From an uncultured archaeon (GTDB taxonomy: Archaea; Asgardarchaeota; Lokiarchaeia; Sigyniarchaeales; SOKP01): 64,000 nucleotides of DNA. The stretch lies in NCBI GenBank assembly GCA_964493385.1, contig CAZBNW010000003.1:6509-70508 (forward strand), written 5' to 3'. Positions within the stretch are counted from its first letter, which is position 1; every line of letters begins with the position of its first letter. The position numbers and the translations under genes are program-made. This document shows positions 38,233-48,489 of this stretch, in pieces. The notes below the pieces were generated by a model. It was given only the letters and a program-made list of their open reading frames with translations, had not been told where the DNA came from and searched no databases.

Positions 38233-39069
38233 TTAATCCATTATTATTAATCCTAATATTTTTCTTGCATCATTAGGTGTAGCAATATTTCTTCCTAATT
38301 CCTTTGATATTCTAACCACTTTTTCTACTAATTCTCCATTTGATTTTGCTAATATACCTTTAGACAAATAGATGTTATCTTCAAATCCAACTCTCGCATG
38401 ACCGCCCATTATTATAGATAACGTAACCATTGGAAATTCATGTCTTCCAATAGCACCAACACAAAATGTAGAATTTTCAGGAATACTATTTGTTAAAAAA
38501 ATTAAATCCCTTACTGATGCATTTATGCCTCCTTTTACTCCTAACATGAAATTAAAATGCATTGGATCTTTTATATATCCTTTATTATGTAATCCTAATG
38601 CAGTATCAACCATTCCTTTGTCAAAGCACTCCAACTCATATTTTATCCCAAGCTTATTCATTTCTTCAGCAAAATGGATTATTGTATTTTCTGTATTGAC
38701 AAATATTTCATCTCCCCCGAAATTCATTGTTCCACAATCGAGTGTAGCCATTTTGGGGGGAGGTTCTAAATAGATAGGTTGAAGTCTTTCCTCATTAGTC
38801 ATTCCAACTGCTCCCCCCGTAGAAGGCATAATAATGACATCTGGGCATCGTTTTTTTATCTCTTCAATACATACTCTAAATCTTTCCTTATTTTGAGTAG
38901 GAGTTCCATTATCTTCTCTCACATGTAAATGAATTATGCTAGCTCCAGCTTTATAAGCTAATTCCGCTTCTCTTCCTATTTCTTCTACAGTGTAAGGTAT
39001 GCTTGGATTATTCTCCTTTGAAACTTCTGCTCCACATATAGCTGCTGTTATTATAAGTTTTTCCATCAA
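38233..39069 (-). CDS. kce: 3-keto-5-aminohexanoate cleavage enzyme (BKACE/DUF849)
   Basis: KLIITAAICGAE...PYTVEEIGREAELAYKAGASIIHLHVRE. Confidence 0.85.
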   Translation of the reverse strand: MMEKLIITAAICGAEVSKENNPSIPYTVEEIGREAELAYKAGASIIHLHVREDNGTPTQNKERFRVCIEEIKKRCPDVIIMPSTGGAVGMTNEERLQPIYLEPPPKMATLDCGTMNFGGDEIFVNTENTIIHFAEEMNKLGIKYELECFDKGMVDTALGLHNKGYIKDPMHFNFMLGVKGGINASVRDLIFLTNSIPENSTFCVGAIGRHEFPMVTLSIIMGGHARVGFEDNIYLSKGILAKSNGELVEKVVRISKELGRNIATPNDARKILGLIIMD

Positions 39070-39182
39070 AAAATCCTCTTACAGTGTAAAAAGAATATGA
39101 ATTATAATAAATAATAACTTACAGATATAAAACATTAGTATTATGCCTTAGTTTTAATAGAATTGTAATTCATTTTAATAAT

Positions 39183-39208
39183 AAGTGATTTTCCAAAAAA
39201 AATCACTT
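39183..39208. repeat. Perfect 10-bp inverted repeat (hairpin) in the kce/his divergent intergenic region
   Basis: AAGTGATTTT (39183..39192), loop ccaaaa, AAAATCACTT (39199..39208). Read directly. Confidence 0.6.
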
Positions 39209-39362
39209 TATGTACTAAAAAATTTAAGTTAAGTTAACAAAATTTTCTGAATCTTATTGTTTCTATTGAAATTGAGATCTAATCAAGAGTAAATTTCTTA
39301 AAGTTAATAATAATAAACATTAATTAAAGTTGTATTGAAATTACGTTAAAGTAGATGAATAA

Positions 39363-40556
39363 ATGTTAAGATTTGAATTAAATATAAGTAAAATTAAATC
39401 AAATAGGAAGAATTTGCTTAAAATCGACGATAATTTTATAATTAATTATGCAAAAAGTATAAATTTATTTGGTAGTATCGTAATAAATAATTGTCCCTCT
39501 AATAATCTTCTAAAACGGGTTTGTAGTGTTGCTGAATGCTATTTAATAATGAATTCCCCTAATTTAGAATCGATAAAATTAGGGTTACAAATGGGTGTAA
39601 AAAAATTTATCATTCCTGAAAAAGAAATTGAAAAAATCAACAAAACTATATCGAAAAATATAATTATGGCTAGGATTACACTAAAAGACAAATCTGTTTT
39701 TAAGAACGATTTAAATTCACTTAGAGAACAATTTAGTGCAATTTTTAACCGTTTAAAACCATATTGTTCAGAATTTTTGATTGATTGGGATAATAAATTA
39801 AATTTAAGCAGAAATGCAGTACTAAAAATCGCAGATTCCATTTCCAGTGTAGTTAAAACTCAACTAACATTTTTAGATCCAGATGGTCAAAATTCTAAAG
39901 AATTAGAAAATAAAGGAATTAATCCATTTGTAATTTCATCTAATGTATTTTCAGAAAAAGAAATGTTAAAAATCTTTAAATTCATCCTAAATTTTCATAA
40001 ACAAGGTGGGCTCATCCCTACTATCGTTCAAGATGATCACAATCAAATATTAATGCTAGCATATTCATCACAGGATTCTTTAACTCAGGCTTTAATTCAA
40101 AAGCAAGGGATCTATTTTAGTCGTTCCCGAAAATCAATTTGGATTAAAGGAGAAACAACAGGAAACTATCAAGAATTATATCAAGCAAGATATGATTGTG
40201 ATCAAGATACACTTTTATTTACTGTTCATCAATTGGGATCTGCATGCCATTTACAACGATATTCATGTTTCAAAGATAAAAACTTTGGTTTTTTAGATTT
40301 ATATGAAATCATTCAAAATAGGATTAAAAATCCTGTTCCAAATTCGTACACTAGTAAAATTTCAAAAAGTGAGGGATTAATTATTGAAAAAATAAGAGAA
40401 GAAAGTAATGAGCTTATAAATTATGTTAATCAAGAGAATTTAATATGGGAAATTGCAGACTTACTATATTTCATTCTTGTTCTTATGGCTAAGAAAGGAA
40501 TCAAGATTCAAGATGTATTAAATGAGTTATGGAGGAGAAGAAATTATGGAAATTAA
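39363..40556 (+). CDS. hisIE: Bifunctional phosphoribosyl-AMP cyclohydrolase / phosphoribosyl-ATP pyrophosphatase with ~215-aa unassigned N-terminal extension
   Basis: HisI: PTIVQDDHNQILMLAYSSQDSL...WIKGETTGNYQ...DCDQDTLLF...ACH. HisE: EKIREESNELI...EIADLLYFILVLM. Confidence 0.85.
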   Translation: MLRFELNISKIKSNRKNLLKIDDNFIINYAKSINLFGSIVINNCPSNNLLKRVCSVAECYLIMNSPNLESIKLGLQMGVKKFIIPEKEIEKINKTISKNIIMARITLKDKSVFKNDLNSLREQFSAIFNRLKPYCSEFLIDWDNKLNLSRNAVLKIADSISSVVKTQLTFLDPDGQNSKELENKGINPFVISSNVFSEKEMLKIFKFILNFHKQGGLIPTIVQDDHNQILMLAYSSQDSLTQALIQKQGIYFSRSRKSIWIKGETTGNYQELYQARYDCDQDTLLFTVHQLGSACHLQRYSCFKDKNFGFLDLYEIIQNRIKNPVPNSYTSKISKSEGLIIEKIREESNELINYVNQENLIWEIADLLYFILVLMAKKGIKIQDVLNELWRRRNYGN

Positions 40557-41556
40557 AAGAACATTAGAAAATCCAAATTCACGATTGATTCGTATGGGAA
40601 TTCCCTCAAAAGGTCGTATGGCAGCGGAAACCCTAGAGTTTTTAAATAAATGTGGTTTCAAAATAATGCGAAACAGACAACAATATATTGGGGGGCTAGA
40701 AGGATTTCCAGAGATCCAAATAGTATTTCAACGACAAGAGGATATCATTCATGGTGTTATTAAAGGGAGTTTAGCTTATGGAATCGTAGGTTTAGATTTA
40801 TTGAATGAGATCACTAAGAAAGATCCAGATAAAACTGTGATTATTCATGAGGATTTAGGATTTGGGAAGTGCACCTTAGAAGTATTAATACCTGAAGAGT
40901 GGACAGAGAATTCAATGAGAGATTTGAATAAAAGCAAAAAAATTTTACGTGTTGCTTCTAAATTTCCTTTATTGACGAAAAAATTCTTCGATCACTATAA
41001 CTTAGATTTTGAATTGGTTGAAGCAGCAGGAACATTGGAAGTGGCCCCTGCGCTAGGCTATTCTGATATAATTGTTGATTTAGTTTCTACAGGGCAAACC
41101 ATAAAAGATAATAGATTAAAGAGATTACAAGATGGATGTATTCTTCAATCCCAAGCATGTTTTATAGCGAATCGAAAAAGTCTAAAAGAAAATCAGATAG
41201 TTCTAAACTTTGCCCAAACATTTTTAGAGTACTTTGAAGCTACATTAAGAGCAAAAAATTATGTTTCTGTATTTATTAATATGCGGGGAGATGATCCTAA
41301 ATCGATTGCTGAAAAAATGTTTGCTAAGGAAAACTTAGAAGGTCTCCAAGGTCCTACAATCTCGCGAGTCATTTCTCCGCGGGGAGGTTCTTGGTTTGCC
41401 GTTCATATAATTGTTGAAAAGAAGAAGTTGACGGAAACAATAAGAGCACTACGGGAAATCGGTGGTAGCGGTGTTGTTGTTAGCCCTACATTATTTATTT
41501 TTGAAGAAGAACCAACCCGATATAAAACATTATTAAAAAATTTGGAGGCAAATTAA
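40546..41556 (+). CDS. hisG: ATP phosphoribosyltransferase, long form with C-terminal regulatory domain
   Basis: IRMGIPSKGRM, DIIVDLVSTGQTIKDNRL, and C-terminal GPTISRV...AVHIIV. ATG 40546 is preceded by GGAGGA; the track start is 40522. Confidence 0.85.
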   Translation: MEIKRTLENPNSRLIRMGIPSKGRMAAETLEFLNKCGFKIMRNRQQYIGGLEGFPEIQIVFQRQEDIIHGVIKGSLAYGIVGLDLLNEITKKDPDKTVIIHEDLGFGKCTLEVLIPEEWTENSMRDLNKSKKILRVASKFPLLTKKFFDHYNLDFELVEAAGTLEVAPALGYSDIIVDLVSTGQTIKDNRLKRLQDGCILQSQACFIANRKSLKENQIVLNFAQTFLEYFEATLRAKNYVSVFINMRGDDPKSIAEKMFAKENLEGLQGPTISRVISPRGGSWFAVHIIVEKKKLTETIRALREIGGSGVVVSPTLFIFEEEPTRYKTLLKNLEAN

Positions 41557-42881
41557 TGATTCCAATTTATTCTTTAGAGGAAGCGAAAAGCAGAATTCTT
41601 AAGCGTAGAAATATCATAGATAATCCATTGCCCCCTCATGTAAATCAACGGATTATAGAAATCTTCGGGCAATCTTTAACACCACAAGAAGTGGTATTAC
41701 GTATTATTAAAGACGTAAAAGAGAATGGTGATGCTGCTCTTATTGAATGGACAAAAAAGTTGGATAAAATTGATATTTCTGAAGCGATTGAAGTTGATTT
41801 TAATCAAATAGAAGTAGCACTTATTTCTATTGATGATAAAATTAAAGATGCACTCATCGAATCAAGAGATAGAATCTTAACATTCCACAGAAAGCAACCC
41901 ATATCCTCCTGGATTACAAATGATTTAGGAGGAAATTTAGGTCAATTAATAAATCCTATATCTCGAGTAGGGATATACGTACCTGGGGGCACAGCTCCAC
42001 TTCCATCAACTATTATTCATAGTGTGTGTCCTGCAGTTATAGCTGGTGTCAAAGAGATAGTTATAGTCAGTCCGCCACCAATTTCTCCAATAATTCTAGC
42101 TACGTGTAATTTAATCAATCAATTGAATGTTAACCTAAAAGTTTTTCGCATTGGAGGGGCTCAAGCAATTGCCGCTCTCGCTTTTGGGACTCAAACTGTT
42201 CCAAATGTTAATAAAATCGTAGGGCCTGGAAATATTTTCGTAACGCTTGCTAAACGAGAAGTATTTGGGATTGTTGGTATTGATAATATTGCTGGTCCAA
42301 CTGAAGCATTAATTTTAGCTGACGGTACGGCTAATCCAGAATTAATCGCATTTGATTTGCTGGCGCAAGCTGAACATGATTTTTTATCAATACCAATTTT
42401 AATTACTACTGATCAAAACTTAGCAAATATGGTTAAAAATTCAGTCGAACAGCAATTATTAGACTTGTCGCGTGCTGAAATTGCTCAATATGCTATTGAA
42501 CACAATGGTGGAATTATCCTTATTCCCAATATTAAAGAAGCTATCATGCTAATCAATGAATTCGCCCCTGAACATCTATCTGTATTATTGAAAGATCCTT
42601 GGGAAATTCTACCTAATATAAAAAATTCTGGAGGTATCTTCTTAGGTGAACACTCTTGTGAAGTTATTGGTGACTATATTGCTGGACCCAGTCATGTTAT
42701 GCCTACAGGTGGATCTGCAAAATTTTCTTCGCCGTTATCAGTTTTAGATTTTGTAAAAATAACAAATTTAATAGCTTTAGATAAAAGAACTGTTAATTCA
42801 ATAGCACCATTGGCAGAATTAATAGCTAATGCAGAACAACTCACGGCTCATTCAAAAGCCGCAAGGAGGCGATATAAATGA
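41556..42881 (+). CDS. hisD: Histidinol dehydrogenase
   Basis: VGIYVPGGTAPLPST, IAGPTEALILAD, AQAEHD, APEHL. Confidence 0.9.
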   Translation: MIPIYSLEEAKSRILKRRNIIDNPLPPHVNQRIIEIFGQSLTPQEVVLRIIKDVKENGDAALIEWTKKLDKIDISEAIEVDFNQIEVALISIDDKIKDALIESRDRILTFHRKQPISSWITNDLGGNLGQLINPISRVGIYVPGGTAPLPSTIIHSVCPAVIAGVKEIVIVSPPPISPIILATCNLINQLNVNLKVFRIGGAQAIAALAFGTQTVPNVNKIVGPGNIFVTLAKREVFGIVGIDNIAGPTEALILADGTANPELIAFDLLAQAEHDFLSIPILITTDQNLANMVKNSVEQQLLDLSRAEIAQYAIEHNGGIILIPNIKEAIMLINEFAPEHLSVLLKDPWEILPNIKNSGGIFLGEHSCEVIGDYIAGPSHVMPTGGSAKFSSPLSVLDFVKITNLIALDKRTVNSIAPLAELIANAEQLTAHSKAARRRYK

Positions 42882-44002
42882 CAAGAATTAAACCTGTAGA
42901 TCATATCATTTCAATTAATTCCTATAACGGAGTTAAATCCCTAGAACTCATTGCTGAAGAACTGAATATACCCGCAAAAAGTATTATTAAACTAGATGGT
43001 AATGAAAATCCATATCCCCCCCTTCCAGAAGTGTTGACAACCTTAGGATCTCTTGAAAACGTTAGTTTTTATCCAGACATGTTAAGCTCTAATTTATTAA
43101 AAATTTTAGCGAAAAAAGAAAATCTAAAACCTAAAAATTTTATAATTGGTTCTGGATCTGACGAATTAATCGAATTATTAATTAGAGCATATGCAAGCCC
43201 TTCTGATACAGTTTTAACATATACTCCTACATTTGGGATGATATCGTTTTTAGCTCAGGTTTATGGAGTATATTTTAAAGTAATTCCTCAAAAGCTTGTA
43301 AAACAGGAGATTTTCGCTCAATACATTCTTGATGAGAACAGATTTATAAAAGCAGCAAAAAAAGCAAAAATAATTTTTCTCGCTCGCCCAAATAATCCAG
43401 ATGGACAAGTTTTGTCAGAAGAGTTCATAAAAAAGTTAACATCTCTTCCAGCTTTAGTTATTGTTGATGAGGCCTATATAGAATTCTCGAATTTTCACAG
43501 TCTTGCAAAATGGGTTCCTCAGTATGAGAATCTTGTTGTTCTTCGAACATTTAGTAAAGCATATGGTTTAGGGGGGTTGCGTGTAGGCTATGGAATTATG
43601 CCAAATGATATTAGAAATATCTTGATGTCAATTAAACAGCCATATAATGTAAATGTAGTTGGACAAAAAGCAGCAATATCTGCTTTATCCAGCCCTTTAG
43701 TTAATGAAAGAATTGAGGAAATGAAAAAAATGAGAAATTGGTTTATAGATCAACTTATTTCGCTTCAAGAGCATTTTAAAATCTTTTGGATACACCCTAG
43801 TGAAGCATGTTATGTTTTGCTTACTTTTGAATCTGCAGATATTATTAACAAGTTATATAAACTATTTTATTCAAAAGGAATTCTTGTACGATACTATTCC
43901 TCCTCAGATATGACTAATAACTTAAGGATTAGTATAGGTCTTCAAAAACAGATGGAGAAAGTAATCGAAGAATTTAAATTATTTTTAGAAGGTGTAAATT
44001 GA
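42878..44002 (+). CDS. hisC: Histidinol-phosphate aminotransferase
   Basis: LDGNENPYPP, RPNNPDG, and RTFSKAYGLGGLRVGY (PLP Lys). Confidence 0.85.
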   Translation: MTRIKPVDHIISINSYNGVKSLELIAEELNIPAKSIIKLDGNENPYPPLPEVLTTLGSLENVSFYPDMLSSNLLKILAKKENLKPKNFIIGSGSDELIELLIRAYASPSDTVLTYTPTFGMISFLAQVYGVYFKVIPQKLVKQEIFAQYILDENRFIKAAKKAKIIFLARPNNPDGQVLSEEFIKKLTSLPALVIVDEAYIEFSNFHSLAKWVPQYENLVVLRTFSKAYGLGGLRVGYGIMPNDIRNILMSIKQPYNVNVVGQKAAISALSSPLVNERIEEMKKMRNWFIDQLISLQEHFKIFWIHPSEACYVLLTFESADIINKLYKLFYSKGILVRYYSSSDMTNNLRISIGLQKQMEKVIEEFKLFLEGVN

Positions 44003-44003
44003 G

Positions 44004-44609
44004 ATGAATCGCCAATCAAAACAAGAAAGGAAAACAAAAGAGTCGGTTGTGAGTATTTCTCTTAATCTTGATGGTTCTGGAGTTGCTAATATTAACACTA
44101 GAATTGGATTTTTTGATCATATGTTAAACCACATTGCAATACATGGCCTATTTGATATTGAAGTTAAAGTGAACGGTGATCTTCACGTTGATGCTCATCA
44201 TACTATTGAAGATGTAGGGATAGTTTTAGGTAAAGCTTTTTTTCAAGCAATTGGAGATAAAACCGGGATAACCCGGATAGGACACTCTTATGTACCAATG
44301 GATGATGCTCTTGCTTTTGTGGCTATTGATTTTTCAAATCGTCCTTATTCCACTATAGAGATTCCATGGACAGGTAAATACTTTGGGACTAAACAAGATG
44401 AACTTATACCAGTTACTTTAATAGACCACTTTTTACAAACGTTTGCAATGAATGCTAGTATTACACTTCACGTAAAGATTTTATCAGGAAAAGATGATCA
44501 TCACAAGGCAGAAGCAGTTTTTAAAGCTCTTGGTCGTGCACTTGATAAAGCTTCTCGATTTGATGCAAAACGAAAGGAAGGCGTCCCATCTACTAAAGGT
44601 TTACTATAA
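44004..44609 (+). CDS. hisB: Imidazoleglycerol-phosphate dehydratase (monofunctional)
   Basis: GFFDHMLNHIAIHG, DAHHTIEDVGIVLG, DDHHKAEAVFKALGRAL. Confidence 0.9.
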   Translation: MNRQSKQERKTKESVVSISLNLDGSGVANINTRIGFFDHMLNHIAIHGLFDIEVKVNGDLHVDAHHTIEDVGIVLGKAFFQAIGDKTGITRIGHSYVPMDDALAFVAIDFSNRPYSTIEIPWTGKYFGTKQDELIPVTLIDHFLQTFAMNASITLHVKILSGKDDHHKAEAVFKALGRALDKASRFDAKRKEGVPSTKGLL

Positions 44610-44651
44610 AAAAAATAAAATCCGTTTAATTAAATAAATGACTATCTTGTT

Positions 44652-45254
44652 ATGATAACAATAATCGATTACGGAACTGGAAACTTAAGATCAATTCAGC
44701 GAGCATTGCAAAGATATTATTCGGATGTAATAATATCAAGCGAAGTAAAGCATATTAAACATGCAAAAGGTATTGTTTTACCTGGTGTCGGAGCGTTTGG
44801 AGATGCAATTGAAGAATTGTTGCAAAGAAAGCTTTTTAAACTTTTAAAACAGATTATACCTCTAAAATCAACTTTAGGGATTTGTTTAGGATTACAGATT
44901 TTATTAAATAGTTCAGAAGAGCGTCCTAGAGTTAAGGGTTTAGGCATCATTCCTGGTAAAGTAAAAAGACTTGCTCCCACAAAATTAATTCGAATTCCCC
45001 ATACGGGATGGAATAGAATTATTCCCCTAAGGGAACCATATTTTTCAGGTTTCGCTTATTTTAATCATGCTTTTTATTGTGATGTTGTTGATAAGGATTT
45101 TATTATTGCAGATTCTTTACATGGTATAAGATTTGGGGTTATTTTTAAATGTCGCACAATTTTAGCGACACAATTTCATCCCGAAAAAAGCAAAAGAATT
45201 GGGGAAGATATACTAAAATATTGGATTAATTCAATGATAAAAACGGTGAATTAA
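44652..45254 (+). CDS. hisH: Imidazole glycerol phosphate synthase, glutaminase subunit
   Basis: [28 protein letters not shown] (catalytic Cys), QFHPEKS. Confidence 0.85.
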   Translation: MITIIDYGTGNLRSIQRALQRYYSDVIISSEVKHIKHAKGIVLPGVGAFGDAIEELLQRKLFKLLKQIIPLKSTLGICLGLQILLNSSEERPRVKGLGIIPGKVKRLAPTKLIRIPHTGWNRIIPLREPYFSGFAYFNHAFYCDVVDKDFIIADSLHGIRFGVIFKCRTILATQFHPEKSKRIGEDILKYWINSMIKTVN

Positions 45255-45261
45255 CATTACA

Positions 45262-46764
45262 TTGCACACTATTTATCCGGCAATTGATATAAGAAATGGT
45301 AAGGTTGTTAGACTTACTCGAGGTGACTTTTCAAATCAAATTATATATTCTCAAGATCCTATCAATGTTCTTAGACAATTCATTAAAAGTGGCACAAGGT
45401 GGATACATATTATTAATTTGGACGGCGCCTTAACTGGTTCATTTGAAGAAAATCTTAGTTATAAAGTTATAATGGATCTTATAGAATTTTCAAAACAGTA
45501 TGGAATAAAAATTCAGATTGGTGGTGGTATAAGGGAAATTGAACTGATTGAAAAACTAATTAATAAAGGAATTCATCGAATTATTTTAAGTACAATTGCA
45601 ATTGAAAATACAAACCTACTGAAAAAAATAACTAAAAGATTTAGAAATAAAATTGCTGTTGCATTAGATATTTTGAGTGGGACAATTCGAATAAAAGGCT
45701 GGCAGTACGATACAAATTTAGATCTCCTTGAGGTTCTACACCAATTGGAGAATATTGGAATCCAAACTTTCATTGTTACTGATATTGAAAAAGATGGTAC
45801 ATTTGCTGGATTAAATATAAACCTTTATCAGGAATTGAAAAACAGTAAAAAACCCAATACCAAAATAATTGCATCAGGTGGAATTTCAAGCATAAATGAT
45901 GTAAAGAAGGCATTATTATATGCTGAGGGAGTTATAATAGGAAAAGCTTTGTATAATGGAAAAATTCCACTGAATACTTTAAAATCTTTCTTTGATAAAC
46001 TTCATAATTCAGGTTTGATAAGACGAGTCATACCTTGTCTGGATGTAAAAGAGGGAAGGGTAGTAAAGGGAGTTAAATTCAAGGATTTACAAGATAGTGG
46101 GGATCCAGTTAAAATGGCCCGTTATTACAATGAAGCAGGTGCCGATGAGTTAGTTTTTTTAGACATATCGGCAACTATAGAAGGGCGAAAAAGCATGCTT
46201 CACACAATTCGATCTGTAGCTGAAGAAATCTATATTCCTTTTACTGTTGGTGGTGGAATCAGGACAATTGAGGATATGACTACCATTATCAAAGCAGGAG
46301 CTGAAAAAGTTAGTATAAACTCAGCAGCTATAAATGATCCTGATTTAATTACTAAAGGTGCAAATAAATTTGGCTCTCAATGCATAGTTGTCTCCATCGA
46401 CGCAAAAAGAAAAGCCAAATCATGGGAAGTATATTCTCACAGCGGTACAAGACCTACTGGACTCGATGCGCTAGAATGGGCAAAAACTGCTGTGGAGAAA
46501 GGTGCTGGTGAATTACTAGTTACCAGCATGGATAGAGATGGTACCAATTTAGGATACGATCTCGAATTAATCCAAAAAATCTCTAGTATGGTATCTGTAC
46601 CTGTGATTGCTTCTGGTGGAGCTGGCACTAAAGAACATTTCTTAGAAGCAATCAATAATGGAGCCGAAGCTATATTAGCTGCGTCTTTATTTCATTACAA
46701 TAAATTGGAAATCCAAGATTTGAAAAAATATCTGGATGATCACGATATTATGGTAAGGTTATGA
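45262..46764 (+). CDS. hisA/hisF: Single-polypeptide fusion of HisA (ProFAR isomerase) and HisF (IGP synthase cyclase subunit)
   Basis: The N-terminal half reads [20 protein letters not shown]...IQIGGGIR...IASGGISS...GKALYNG. The C-terminal half reads [20 protein letters not shown]...[12 protein letters not shown]...TVGGGIR...VSINSAA...[12 protein letters not shown]...[15 protein letters not shown]...VIASGGAG. One uninterrupted 500-codon ORF with a TTG start. Confidence 0.85.
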   Translation: MHTIYPAIDIRNGKVVRLTRGDFSNQIIYSQDPINVLRQFIKSGTRWIHIINLDGALTGSFEENLSYKVIMDLIEFSKQYGIKIQIGGGIREIELIEKLINKGIHRIILSTIAIENTNLLKKITKRFRNKIAVALDILSGTIRIKGWQYDTNLDLLEVLHQLENIGIQTFIVTDIEKDGTFAGLNINLYQELKNSKKPNTKIIASGGISSINDVKKALLYAEGVIIGKALYNGKIPLNTLKSFFDKLHNSGLIRRVIPCLDVKEGRVVKGVKFKDLQDSGDPVKMARYYNEAGADELVFLDISATIEGRKSMLHTIRSVAEEIYIPFTVGGGIRTIEDMTTIIKAGAEKVSINSAAINDPDLITKGANKFGSQCIVVSIDAKRKAKSWEVYSHSGTRPTGLDALEWAKTAVEKGAGELLVTSMDRDGTNLGYDLELIQKISSMVSVPVIASGGAGTKEHFLEAINNGAEAILAASLFHYNKLEIQDLKKYLDDHDIMVRL

Positions 46765-46783
46765 CTGAATGTATTAATAATCC

Positions 46784-48058
46784 TCATATTAGATTTTTAC
46801 ATTCTTTTAAAGAATCTTCAATCATAGTGGCGGCATGTTCTAAATCTTCTTCAGTATGTCGATAACAAATATATCCATGATGGAAAGGTTGAAGGAATAT
46901 ATTTCGTCGAATAAGTTGCCTATAGAATTCTTCTCTAAGTTTCCTATATAGAAAATCTTTATCAGGAATGAAGGTTATATATGGCATCCAAGGTTCTCCA
47001 GAATAATTACATGGAATACCACTATCTTCAATACGCTCTTTTACTTGCTTTGCAAATTGATTCCCTTTTTGACGAATATTGTCTAAAACTTTTTCACGTT
47101 CTAGTATTTCAATTGTTTTGAGGGATGCGATCTGAGCAAGACTGTTAGGGAAAAAAGTTGAACTTAAAAATACTTTTTCTACTAATACATCCATAAATTC
47201 GTTTTTCCCTACAAGGGTACTTATAGGATATCCATTTCCCATTGCCTTACCAAACGCAGCAAGATCAGGGATAACTGCAAACATTTTTTGTGCTCCCCCC
47301 ATGTCAACCCTAAAACCTGTCCTTATTTCATCATATATTAATAGAGCATTATTGTCGGTTGCTAACTCACGAATACCTTCTAAGAACCCTGGTTTCGGCA
47401 TTTCAATTTCTCGACCCCCGGGTGTATGGATTGGATTCACTATAATAGCCGCAATTTCATCTTTATTTTTTTTTAATAATTTTTCAACTTCTTCAAGATT
47501 ATTAAATTCAAATTCATAAAAATCTTCATACAACTTCTTAGGTATCCCCGCCTCGATTCCATGAACCTCACTGAAAGCATCATACCAGCCGTGATATCCA
47601 CAGCTGAGAACCTTTATTTTTTTTGTATATGCTCTTGCTACTCTTATTGCTGCTATTGTTGCATCAGTTCCCATCTTCATTAATACCATCTTCTCACAAC
47701 ATGGTATCAATTCTCTTAGCTTTTTCGATAGTTCGTTTTGTACTTGTTGGGTCAAAGACATACAGAATCCTTTATTTTGTATTTGTTCAATTACCGCATT
47801 ATCTATTTCTTCTTCCCTGTGGCCTATGATTATAGGTCCATAAGCACATAACATATCAATGTATTCATTAGAATCTACATCAATTACTTTTCCACCTTTT
47901 GCTGATTCAAAGAATATTGGATATTCTCCTTCAATGAAGTTATATGGGCGGCGGATGCCTAAGATCGCTCCTGGAATTAATTTCAATGCTTCTTCATATA
48001 AGCTAAATGAATTATTAAGATTTAGTTTATCAGACAATTTCTCTCTCCATTTTTTCAA
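46784..48058 (-). CDS. Class III PLP aminotransferase (glutamate-1-semialdehyde-aminomutase-like)
   Basis: VIDVDSNEYIDMLCAYGPIIIGH, YDEIRTGFR, AAFGKAMGNGYP. Confidence 0.7.
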   Translation of the reverse strand: MKKWREKLSDKLNLNNSFSLYEEALKLIPGAILGIRRPYNFIEGEYPIFFESAKGGKVIDVDSNEYIDMLCAYGPIIIGHREEEIDNAVIEQIQNKGFCMSLTQQVQNELSKKLRELIPCCEKMVLMKMGTDATIAAIRVARAYTKKIKVLSCGYHGWYDAFSEVHGIEAGIPKKLYEDFYEFEFNNLEEVEKLLKKNKDEIAAIIVNPIHTPGGREIEMPKPGFLEGIRELATDNNALLIYDEIRTGFRVDMGGAQKMFAVIPDLAAFGKAMGNGYPISTLVGKNEFMDVLVEKVFLSSTFFPNSLAQIASLKTIEILEREKVLDNIRQKGNQFAKQVKERIEDSGIPCNYSGEPWMPYITFIPDKDFLYRKLREEFYRQLIRRNIFLQPFHHGYICYRHTEEDLEHAATMIEDSLKECKNLI

Positions 48059-48275
48059 ATACTATAGCAATTAATTATTTAGCATAATTATTGAAGATTT
48101 CTAAACAGAATCATACAATAAATTTTGAATTTAATAATACACAAGGTTAAGGGTATTTTTGCTTTTTCTTTAAAATCAAAAATTTAGCTCTAATTATATT
48201 CCATAAGAGATTAGTTTTTGATTCAATAATATTTTGGTGTCTTTAGGAAAAGTAATTCGTTTGGTGTTGAAAAAA

Positions 48276-48449
48276 ATGTTTAATAAATTAGTGTGTAGTA
48301 TATGTGGCTCTGAAAGATCAGTTCCAGTTTGTTGTGATAAATCCATGATGGTAAAAGATGATTATTTGCTCTGTTGTTGTTCAGAGGAATGTGGATATCA
48401 ACCTATTCCTGAATGTTGTGGAAAAAAAATGGATTATGCTGGATATTAG
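48276..48449 (+). CDS. Small cysteine-rich protein (12 Cys in 57 aa), unknown function
   Basis: MFNKLVCSICGSERSVPVCCDKSMMVKDDYLLCCCSEECGYQPIPECCGKKMDYAGY. The track ORF starts at TTG 48234. Its coding status is supported only by the regular Cys pattern. Confidence 0.4.
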   Translation: MFNKLVCSICGSERSVPVCCDKSMMVKDDYLLCCCSEECGYQPIPECCGKKMDYAGY

Positions 48450-48489
48450 AGGATATAAGATAAATAAATAAAGCGAAAAAGAATTTTTC

